64,000 nt of DNA. Source: Bdellovibrionales bacterium (GTDB lineage: Bacteria; Bdellovibrionota; Bdellovibrionia; Bdellovibrionales; UBA1609). Both the position numbers and the translations under genes were made by a program. The notes beneath the pieces are model-generated. The model saw only the letters and a list, made by a program, of their open reading frames with translations. It did no database searches and was not told the origin of the DNA. The stretch spans positions 1,024,001 through 1,088,000 of the forward strand of contig OZ241329.1 of the NCBI GenBank assembly GCA_965199825.1, given 5' to 3'. Below, piece by piece: positions 56,731 through 64,000 of the stretch (its first letter is position 1; every line of letters begins with the position of its first letter).

Positions 56731-57636
56731 ATGATTTTAGTCATTCTTAGCTTTTTACAAATGAGTTTTGCGTGGACCGATCTGGGTCACGAAGTTGTGG
56801 GCGAAATCGCCGAACAAAATTTATCACCCACCGCCAAAAATTTTGTTCGCGGTGTTTTGGGTATTGAACCCCTTGCGGTTGCGGCGACTTGGCCAGATCA
56901 TGTGCGCCTCGATTCTCGTTTTAAAGATTTTGCGCCCTTTCACTATTGTGATGTTCCTCAAGGCAGTGCGCTTGAAACAATCACCGCACGAACTCCAAAA
57001 AATTGTTTTGGTGTGATCACAAATGCAATCAAAATGCTCAAAGAAAAATCGGTCAATCGCGAAGCCAAAATGATTGCACTCAGATATCTGATCCATGTTG
57101 TGGGGGATGTGCATCAGCCTTTACATATTGGTAACGGAACCGACCTTGGTGCAAACACGTGCGAGATTCATTGGCGTAAAGGATCTCACGCTCAGTTGAT
57201 CACCGAAAACTTGCATCTGTTTTGGGATCTCACCATGGTTGAGCAAGTGGGTCTGACGATCGCCAAACCCGCACATGGCCTTATCTCTTACAAAGACTAT
57301 GCATCCGCGCTCAAGCGCGAGCAAAAAAGTCTGTTCGAATCAAAGACGGCGTCCACCCCAATTATCGATTGGCTGCATGAGTCGCAAAATCTTCGCGACC
57401 GACTTTATCCTTTACCCAAAAATCACTCCTATTGTTCATCGCCTCACAAAAAAATCCCGACACTTGATGACGAGTACGTTCGTCAATTTTCTCAACTGCT
57501 CGAAGAGCAATTGGTAAAAGCGGGTTTGCGATTAGCATTTGTTTTAAATGAATTGGCCCAAACCTCGCCGACTGTTGATGACAATCAGGAGCAATCTATT
57601 TTGCAATCCGTTGTGAAAGGCTTCAGTGCCGAGTAG
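56731..57636 (+). CDS. Secreted S1/P1 nuclease
   Basis: Mature N-terminus WTDLGHEVVG, ATWPD, FHYCD, LIHVVGDVHQPLH, NLHLFWD, AGLRLA. Confidence 0.95.
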   Translation: MILVILSFLQMSFAWTDLGHEVVGEIAEQNLSPTAKNFVRGVLGIEPLAVAATWPDHVRLDSRFKDFAPFHYCDVPQGSALETITARTPKNCFGVITNAIKMLKEKSVNREAKMIALRYLIHVVGDVHQPLHIGNGTDLGANTCEIHWRKGSHAQLITENLHLFWDLTMVEQVGLTIAKPAHGLISYKDYASALKREQKSLFESKTASTPIIDWLHESQNLRDRLYPLPKNHSYCSSPHKKIPTLDDEYVRQFSQLLEEQLVKAGLRLAFVLNELAQTSPTVDDNQEQSILQSVVKGFSAE

Positions 57637-57684
57637 AGATTGACATGATTTATGTTTACGACGACAACCATCAAGAGGGACTTC

Positions 57685-58464
57685 ATGAAAAAATTAATTT
57701 TTAGTATTCTTGTGCTTTGTCATTCAACAAGCTTTGCGTTTCTCCAATTTAACAACATCAGCGACGACGATTTTAAAAGTGTATCAAAAGAATTCACCGC
57801 CAATTTTTCGCACTTGTCAGTTTCGGGTGCGAACACACTTGGAAGTATTTTTGGCTTTGAAGTGGGGTTGATCGGTGGGATCACATCCACTCCGGATACA
57901 AAACGGATTGTCCAAAGCTCAGGTGGATCTTCAATTGGTGAAATTCCGAACGGAGTTCTTTACGGTGCTTTGACCATTCCGATGGGAGTAACCTTCGAAG
58001 CCAACCTGATGCCGAGCATTGAGGTGGCTGGAGTACGATCGAATGTTTTTAGTGGCGCGGTCAAATGGACTTTGACCGAGACCTTGTTGCCTTACGTCCC
58101 TTTGTCGCTCGCGGCGAAATTCGCATACACCCATTCCTCATTGGATGGCGATACGGTTGTAAACGGAAATCAAACCTCGCTGCATTTTACTGATGACGCT
58201 ACCAATTTAAGTTTACTCGCCAGCAAAGATTTATTTTTTGTTGAGCCTTATGTGAGCGTGGGTTTGGTGAGCGCACATACAAATCTCAAAACTGATTACG
58301 GTTCGGTTTTTATTAACGGATCAAACTCAAACTCGGCCAATATTGCTGGCACCGCAGTTTTGTTGGGTGGAGAGTTTAAATTTATTCTTTTTAAAATGGG
58401 TTTAGAGTACGGCAATATTTTGGGTGCAAGTCGATACAATTTAAAACTCGCATTTAAATTTTAA
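57685..58464 (+). CDS. Outer-membrane beta-barrel protein (DUF6588-like)
   Basis: Signal peptide, alternating beta-strand pattern, C-terminal YNLKLAFKF; GAGGG SD before ATG 57685. Confidence 0.75.
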   Translation: MKKLIFSILVLCHSTSFAFLQFNNISDDDFKSVSKEFTANFSHLSVSGANTLGSIFGFEVGLIGGITSTPDTKRIVQSSGGSSIGEIPNGVLYGALTIPMGVTFEANLMPSIEVAGVRSNVFSGAVKWTLTETLLPYVPLSLAAKFAYTHSSLDGDTVVNGNQTSLHFTDDATNLSLLASKDLFFVEPYVSVGLVSAHTNLKTDYGSVFINGSNSNSANIAGTAVLLGGEFKFILFKMGLEYGNILGASRYNLKLAFKF

Positions 58465-58467
58465 ATA

Positions 58468-59682
58468 ATGCCGCTCGAGCGTGTTCTCCCTACCCGAAGC
58501 TTAAAAGCTTTAGACGGTTTAAATTTTTTAGTTTCTGAATTGAGCGTGGGCTTAGGACCCTTTATGAGCAGCTATCTTTTGGTTGTTCATCATTGGTCGC
58601 AAGGAGAAATCGGGATTGCTTTATCCGCAGCCGGAATCTCGACAATTATCCTACAAGCTCCAGCTGGGTCATTGATCGATAACGCAAAAAATAAAGTTCA
58701 TCTTCTGATGTTGGCCGCACTTGTTATGGGTGGCGCCACGTTTTGTGTTGCGGTCTCAACCTCATTTGCGATGGTTTTGTTTGCTCAAGTGTTGTTTGGT
58801 GCGGCAGGAAGTATTCTTGGGCCCACAATCAATGCGGTAAGCCTCGGACTGGTCGGGCCACATCACTTTCCAAAACGTGTGGGACGCAACGAAGCCTTCT
58901 CTCATGTGGGAGCTCTCGGATGGACTCTTGTGTCGGGCGGAATCGCACAATACTATTCTCCCGTCGGTATCTATTGGCTCTCGATTGTGACCGCAATTGT
59001 TACGGTCGTAGTAATTCGGTTTATAAAAAATGATGACATCAGTAATAAATTAGCGCGTGAAGCTCCAGAAAATGACGAAGAGGTCATCAAGGTGAGCTAC
59101 CTCGAACTATTAAAAGATCGACGGGTTTTACTGCTCGCAGGAACTTTTTGTTTATTTCATTTTGCCAATGCGCCAATGCTTCCATTGGTCGGTCAATATT
59201 TGAGTCAAATAGATCATGAGTCTTGGGCACTTTATCAATCGTGGTGCATTGTGCTTTCGCAAGTGGTGATGATCCCTGTTGCGATCATCTGCGGTAAATT
59301 CGCCCATCAGTTGGGCGGTCGAGCTTTGATGCTCGTGGGCTGCACCATCTTACCCCTCAGAGGACTTTTGTTTACTCTATCGGTCAATCCAAAATTTATT
59401 TTGGCGGTCCAAAGCCTTGATGGAATCGCAATGGGCATCTATGGAGTGGTTGCAATCCTGATGATTCGAAACTTGAGTCAGGGCACAGGTCGGTTCAACG
59501 CAATAGTTGGTTTACTGACCACCGCGATTAGCCTTGGAGCAGCATCAAGCAATGTGTGTGCAGGTTTTATTGCCCAGCACTTTAGCTTCAATGCCGCCAT
59601 GGTGTTTTTATCTGCAGCCGCTGCTATGGCGTTAGGGCTTCTTTTTCTCTATTCTGATCCGCCATCGAAGGTGCCTGCGTAA
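58468..59682 (+). CDS. MFS transporter
   Basis: ALDGLNFL, GLGPF, GRNEAFSH, FHFANAPMLPL and GTGRFN motifs; about 12 TM helices. Confidence 0.92.
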   Translation: MPLERVLPTRSLKALDGLNFLVSELSVGLGPFMSSYLLVVHHWSQGEIGIALSAAGISTIILQAPAGSLIDNAKNKVHLLMLAALVMGGATFCVAVSTSFAMVLFAQVLFGAAGSILGPTINAVSLGLVGPHHFPKRVGRNEAFSHVGALGWTLVSGGIAQYYSPVGIYWLSIVTAIVTVVVIRFIKNDDISNKLAREAPENDEEVIKVSYLELLKDRRVLLLAGTFCLFHFANAPMLPLVGQYLSQIDHESWALYQSWCIVLSQVVMIPVAIICGKFAHQLGGRALMLVGCTILPLRGLLFTLSVNPKFILAVQSLDGIAMGIYGVVAILMIRNLSQGTGRFNAIVGLLTTAISLGAASSNVCAGFIAQHFSFNAAMVFLSAAAAMALGLLFLYSDPPSKVPA

Positions 59683-60601
59683 TAGGAGCAGCTTCTATTA
59701 AGATGTTAAGCAATTTATCAAGCAACGATAAGTTAAATGCTTCAATGTCACCAGGCGCGATATCTCTGAGGTTGTTGGTATCGGCTGCACCCTGCACAGC
59801 TAAAATAAACTGGGCCACAAACCCGTTAATTTCATCGTCAGTTCTCAAGTGTTGAACATATTTTTTCCAAATAATATTTCGAATATAATCAAAATCTAAA
59901 CTTTCTTGTCCCGAATGAGTCATGGGAGCGGGATTGCGAAAATCCCATCGCAAACAATTGATGTTGTTGGCTCCATAAACCTCAGAACATGATTCAGCCC
60001 AAGTCGCGGCATCACCAACAATAAGCAATGCAATGACATCCGAGAATAAATTGGAAGCTGCGTAGAGAAATTCCTGTTGGTGAGATTCAAAAAATTGTTT
60101 TTGAGATAATCCTAAACTCTTTTGTTGCTTCAAAATCGATAGCTTCTTGGTGGTAAACTCAAGCTCTCTTAAGACCTTTTTTTGGGTCTCGAGCTCAAGG
60201 AGATCGGAAGTGAGTTTATGTTCTTTTTTATGAATCTTAGCTTCAGGCTCAAGAAAAGCAAAAATACGGGTATGGGAAAATATCGCAGCACCCAAAGCCC
60301 GGGCATAAACCCAGCTCTGAGTTGTAGGACTTAAACTCAATAATGATTCAGGTAATCGCATTAAATTTTGCCGAGGTGAGTAGGATGCAAAATCAATATC
60401 ATTCAAAAACTCCCATCGCACATCACAGTTTTCCATTTCACACACGTGGTCTAAGAGACTATTGACCTGTGTGACGGTCGCATTCAATCTTTCGAAGCGT
60501 TCGGCATGTGGGTAAGCAGGGTTTAACGAGACCAAGCAGGCATCCGAGGCTGCAAAGCTCATTGTGGGAATTAACCAAAATAAAACAATCATTGTCTTCA
60601 A
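59624..60601 (-). CDS. Secreted hypothetical protein with a coiled-coil segment
   Basis: GGAG SD + TTG start, signal peptide ending SFA, then SDACLVSL. Confidence 0.7.
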   Translation of the reverse strand: MKTMIVLFWLIPTMSFAASDACLVSLNPAYPHAERFERLNATVTQVNSLLDHVCEMENCDVRWEFLNDIDFASYSPRQNLMRLPESLLSLSPTTQSWVYARALGAAIFSHTRIFAFLEPEAKIHKKEHKLTSDLLELETQKKVLRELEFTTKKLSILKQQKSLGLSQKQFFESHQQEFLYAASNLFSDVIALLIVGDAATWAESCSEVYGANNINCLRWDFRNPAPMTHSGQESLDFDYIRNIIWKKYVQHLRTDDEINGFVAQFILAVQGAADTNNLRDIAPGDIEAFNLSLLDKLLNILIEAAPITQAPSMADQNREKEALTP

Positions 60602-60753
60602 AATCGCTCCTCATTCATGGGTGAACATTCGGAGCTACACTGTTTTATTTCATGGATCAAAAAAAAGTAGGAAGAAATCGTAATAAGTCCTGGATTAGGT
60701 CCAGTATGCGGGGGTCTCGATTTTAGATTCTATAAATTATTTTTTGGCAGGGG

Positions 60754-60782
60754 AAAAAGAAGGCCGGTATGAAACCGGCCTT
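60754..60782 (-). terminator. Rho-independent terminator
   Basis: AAGGCCGGT / ACCGGCCTT stem followed by a T-tract on the minus strand, just after the stop at 60789. Confidence 0.8.
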
Positions 60783-60788
60783 AAGAAA

Positions 60789-61400
60789 TTAGTTTTGAGC
60801 AGGAGCTACGTTTGAATCTTCAACAGCAGCTGAAAGAATCGAAACAAGGTTAGCAATTTTTGGCTCTTGGTCCATCAATCGCGCTTGCTCTTCAGCAGGT
60901 AATTCAAGAAATGCATTGATGCCTTCTGGAGTTAAATACTGATCAGTTGCTTTTGCTGCGTGTACATCTGGAAATGCAAAGTGTTTTACCAAACCAGCAA
61001 GAGTGAATGCCACACCAAAACCTGTAAATGCTTTAGGTAAACCAAAGCTTTCTTTAACAAAATAAGGAGCAACAATACGTGTTGAAACACCCAAATTTTT
61101 GATCATAACTGGGGTGAATTTTTCAAACATTACAACAACAGCTTTTCCAATAAAAGTACCAGCGACCATGTAGAAAGCAGTGTCAGCCACTTTAAATAGA
61201 TCTCGTCCCGAACGGTTGCGAGCGTTTAATACTCCAATACGATCAAGAGCAGAAGCAGTCGTTACAGGAACACCTTTAACGATGAATGCTGGTGATTTGA
61301 ATGCAAAATTGTCGGGGTTGCCGATGGTTGCTTGAGCGGTAGCAGTTACTGCACCTGTAGTTAATACTGCAGTTGCGAGTACAAGAAGAGCACGTTTCAT
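60789..61400 (-). CDS. Secreted/membrane hypothetical protein with hydrophobic segments
   Basis: GGAGG SD, Ala/Thr-rich signal peptide, own terminator, frequent GCT/GTT/ACT codons suggesting high expression. Confidence 0.85.
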   Translation of the reverse strand: MKRALLVLATAVLTTGAVTATAQATIGNPDNFAFKSPAFIVKGVPVTTASALDRIGVLNARNRSGRDLFKVADTAFYMVAGTFIGKAVVVMFEKFTPVMIKNLGVSTRIVAPYFVKESFGLPKAFTGFGVAFTLAGLVKHFAFPDVHAAKATDQYLTPEGINAFLELPAEEQARLMDQEPKIANLVSILSAAVEDSNVAPAQN

Positions 61401-61677
61401 TAAATCCTCCGTTAGTTATTTTTATAAAGACACCCCTAAGGCGCTACCATGGGGCGCTTGAACCCTCAACCCATTTAATTTTAAGTCCTGAAATGGGAAT
61501 ATTTTTGATTGTTAATTGGGCAACTTTGGCGCGAGAAGGAATACTTTGGTTCTCAAGAATTTGAAGTGTGTCCAAGCGCGTAAGAACTGAGTAAACTTAA
61601 ATTATTTAATATGTGTTACATTTTACTTAAAACAGACCAATTGATATTTTTTTAAAAATCGCAAAATCGAATCGATT

Positions 61678-62454
61678 TTACTCTGATGTTCTTGAATGAA
61701 TGTACATGGATTGAATCGCAACTCTTCCGGGTCCGGTAAACCGATTCGTCACTAAGTTAAAAGAGCCAAGAAATCCAGTAGCAAGATTTTGGGCATTGGT
61801 TTCCATCCGTACGCTCGTATCTTTATAAAGCCATCCTCCGGGCTCGACTTCAATTTGCTCGCCTGGGGCAAGAATTTTTTCGAACACATTCCCATAACCA
61901 TGAAGCCATAATATTCCCTCACCCTGATTACCGTGAAATTTATCAATAAAAAAACCTGTACCGCCAAATAGCATATTAGAAATTCCGCGGACTCGCTCAA
62001 AGCTATATCCAATATTGCTTGTTGCAGCCAAAAACTGATGCTCTCTAACATGAATTTCTTCGCCGGCTTTTATATGCAAAGCGAATATATGTCCGGCACC
62101 GTCTCGACTAAAAGAAATTTGTCCCGGTCCTTTAGCTTCGGTCACAAATATTTGTATCCCCGCAAATACCCGTTTGATCGCGCCCTTCATTCTTTGGATG
62201 CCGATTTTAACATCAGGGTGCTTCCACAACAGAATGTGGTGCTCAAAATATACTGACTGATTATTGCTTTTGAGTTCAATGGTTAGTGCAGGAACAAGCT
62301 CACCTTCGACATGGTATGTGTAACCAGCAAAAGATTGGTCGACTGCGGATGTGGGCAAGAGTTTTGGCCGTTCGAATAAAGGTGCACAGGGATCAGACAT
62401 TGCAATCGCTAAGGTTGGAATGAAGGCCACAATTATTTTTACTAAAATAGACAC
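61678..62454 (-). CDS. AIM24 (TIGR00266)-family protein with an N-terminal signal peptide
   Basis: YHVEGELVPAL, VYFEHHILLWK, FGGTGFF, LWLHGYGN, FTGPGRVAIQSM; GAGG SD + GTG. Confidence 0.85.
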   Translation of the reverse strand: MSILVKIIVAFIPTLAIAMSDPCAPLFERPKLLPTSAVDQSFAGYTYHVEGELVPALTIELKSNNQSVYFEHHILLWKHPDVKIGIQRMKGAIKRVFAGIQIFVTEAKGPGQISFSRDGAGHIFALHIKAGEEIHVREHQFLAATSNIGYSFERVRGISNMLFGGTGFFIDKFHGNQGEGILWLHGYGNVFEKILAPGEQIEVEPGGWLYKDTSVRMETNAQNLATGFLGSFNLVTNRFTGPGRVAIQSMYIHSRTSE

Positions 62455-62590
62455 GCGAACCTCTTAGGAGAGCTTGGTTGATTTTGTAAACCTCTTCATA
62501 ACGGGATGTGCAAAAGCTCTTCAACATTTATTTTGTTTAGTATTCCAGATAAGCTTGGACTTTTTTAATTGGACAAGTTTTTAAAAAAAA

Positions 62591-62682
62591 TGGCGGAGGA
62601 GGCCGGATTCGAACCGGCGGTACCGGTTACCCAGTACGACAGTTTAGCAAACTGTTGGTTTCAGCCACTCACCCACTCCTCC
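62591..62682 (-). tRNA. tRNA-Ser(GCU)
   Basis: Reverse complement GGAGGAG...ACAGT-TT-GCT-AA-ACTGT...GGTTCGAATCC...CTCCTCCGCCA; long variable arm. Confidence 0.97.
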
Positions 62683-62799
62683 GGAGCTCTTCTTTTTTGG
62701 CTGAAGGCGCAGACTGCCAAAGCCCAGCCTTAAAATCAAGGAAGCTTATTGAGCCAGAGGTCAGTTGTTAGGGCCGCTCCAAAACGAGTCTCACAAAAG

Positions 62800-63384
62800 C
62801 TAAACGTAATTTTGGGGAAACAATTCGCGCTCAACACATTCGATCACGGTGTGAATCAGTTTGATGTGGATCTCTTGGATCCGATCGGAGGTTTGGGCGG
62901 GCACGACAATCGAGAGGTCGGCCATCTTTGCTAAGGCTCCACCGTCGCGTCCGAGCAATGCAATGGTCTGCATTCCCTTTGCTCGCGCGACCTCGAAGGC
63001 ATTGATGACATTCTTGGAGTTGCCACTTGTTGAGAGTCCAAGAAGCAAGTCTCCTTTGCGACCGAGGGCATCGACCTGTCGTGAAAAGATATATTCAAAA
63101 CCGTAGTCATTGCTCACGCAAGTGACGTGCGAGGAATCGCCCAATGCGAGGGCCGCAAGTGGACGCCGATCTTTTTGGTAACGACCGGTTAATTCTTCTG
63201 CAAAGTGCATGGCGTCACAGTGAGAGCCGCCGTTGCCACACGAGAATACAGTTCCGCCGTTTTTGTATAAGTTGAGCAATGACGTTGAGAAGTGCTCACA
63301 TCGCTGCATCAGATCCGAATCATCCAAAAATTTGGTCAACGTTTCACGGGCGTCGATTAATGACTGCCGCCATATATTTTTCAT
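62800..63384 (-). CDS. gmhA: Phosphoheptose (sedoheptulose-7-phosphate) isomerase
   Basis: CGNGGSHCDAMHFAEEL, NDYGFE, STSGNSKN and DRIQEIH motifs; ATG 63384 preferred. Confidence 0.96.
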   Translation of the reverse strand: MKNIWRQSLIDARETLTKFLDDSDLMQRCEHFSTSLLNLYKNGGTVFSCGNGGSHCDAMHFAEELTGRYQKDRRPLAALALGDSSHVTCVSNDYGFEYIFSRQVDALGRKGDLLLGLSTSGNSKNVINAFEVARAKGMQTIALLGRDGGALAKMADLSIVVPAQTSDRIQEIHIKLIHTVIECVERELFPQNYV

Positions 63385-63475
63385 AGCTATCAACGTACAA
63401 GTGCACCGATTGCTTGTCTAGCGGGCGAAGATCCTTGATTTCTGGGCTTATCTTCAATACAAGCAAAAGCTCTGC

Positions 63476-63552
63476 GCGCTCGTAGCTCAGCTGGATAGAG
63501 TACTTGACTACGAATCAAGTGGTCGGAGGTTCGAATCCTTCCGGGCGCGCCA
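63476..63552 (+). tRNA. tRNA-Arg(ACG)
   Basis: GCGCTCG acceptor stem, anticodon arm CTTGA-CT-ACG-AA-TCAAG, GGTTCGAATCC, CCA; 77 nt. Confidence 0.97.
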
Positions 63553-64000
63553 ATTCAAGCACATTCTTTAATTTCAAAATTCGTTCTGGTGTTACCGCTT
63601 TTAATGGAAGAACGGCGTCATCATAAATTAATCTTATTAAAAAAAGACTAAGGCTAATACCAATTATTAAAGCCTTACTGGGGTGAGGATAATAAGTATG
63701 AAATATGCCTCTTGCTTCAAATACCAAAAGGCTTCCACAGATTCCGAGAGCGATTTTAGATTTTAGATATTTGACCTTAGAATGCGTGCCTACAATTTCT
63801 TTTGCAGATGTAAAACTCGAACTCATTTCAAGTGTTGAGAGTCGTGAAATAAAATTAAGCCAAAGATATTCGTCGTCGCGAGTCTGCAGCGTCATGAAAA
63901 TATGTGTCATTAGCATTTGAATTTTTTGAAGAGTTTGGTCTTCAAGGAAATCCTCACGCAAAACGTTGTACGCTTGCAAAAGGTTAATGGTAGAAAATAA
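63515..64000 (-). CDS. Hypothetical membrane protein, probably 5'-truncated by the window edge
   Basis: Two hydrophobic helices; last residues read antisense through the tRNA-Arg 3' end. Confidence 0.5.
   Translation of the reverse strand, partial: LFSTINLLQAYNVLREDFLEDQTLQKIQMLMTHIFMTLQTRDDEYLWLNFISRLSTLEMSSSFTSAKEIVGTHSKVKYLKSKIALGICGSLLVFEARGIFHTYYPHPSKALIIGISLSLFLIRLIYDDAVLPLKAVTPERILKLKNVLELARPEGFEPPTT

Noticed and set aside
1..64000. CRISPR array, cas genes, integrase, transposase, reverse transcriptase, prophage or rRNA
   Set aside because: No regularly spaced repeats were seen in intergenic regions and no ORF has the diagnostic motifs

Overview
This is a bacterial chromosomal window; gene content and style suggest Bdellovibrionota/Oligoflexia, which is an inference. 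A core block (murA, a GYF-TM-TPR protein, serS) is followed by three widely separated tRNA-Ser genes (UGA, CGA, GCU), then gmhA and tRNA-Arg(ACG). Two long accessory stretches lie between the tRNAs, and no integrase is visible. The first (7.6-38.4 kb) carries a compact hybrid NRPS/PKS cluster with its own PPTase and MFS exporter (manually read A-domain codes: Asp, Ser, Gln), many small secreted proteins including two paralog pairs, an aqpZ remnant and a frameshifted MAPEG gene. The second (38.5-62.6 kb) carries a signalling locus in which a bacteriophytochrome hybrid kinase and a ParB/Srx-fold gene converge on a kaiA-less kaiC-kaiB-hybrid kinase operon, flanked by a CHASE kinase and a pirin. 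This is a candidate light-input timing system in a probably non-photosynthetic bacterium. Other highlights are an unannotated, highly base-paired ~200-nt minus-strand RNA candidate with a sigma70-like promoter downstream of serS, and signal-peptide + Cys-x3-hydrophobic leaders fused to normally cytoplasmic domains (MarR-like wHTH, AIM24). All assignments come from motifs read by eye; no searches or folding programs were run.
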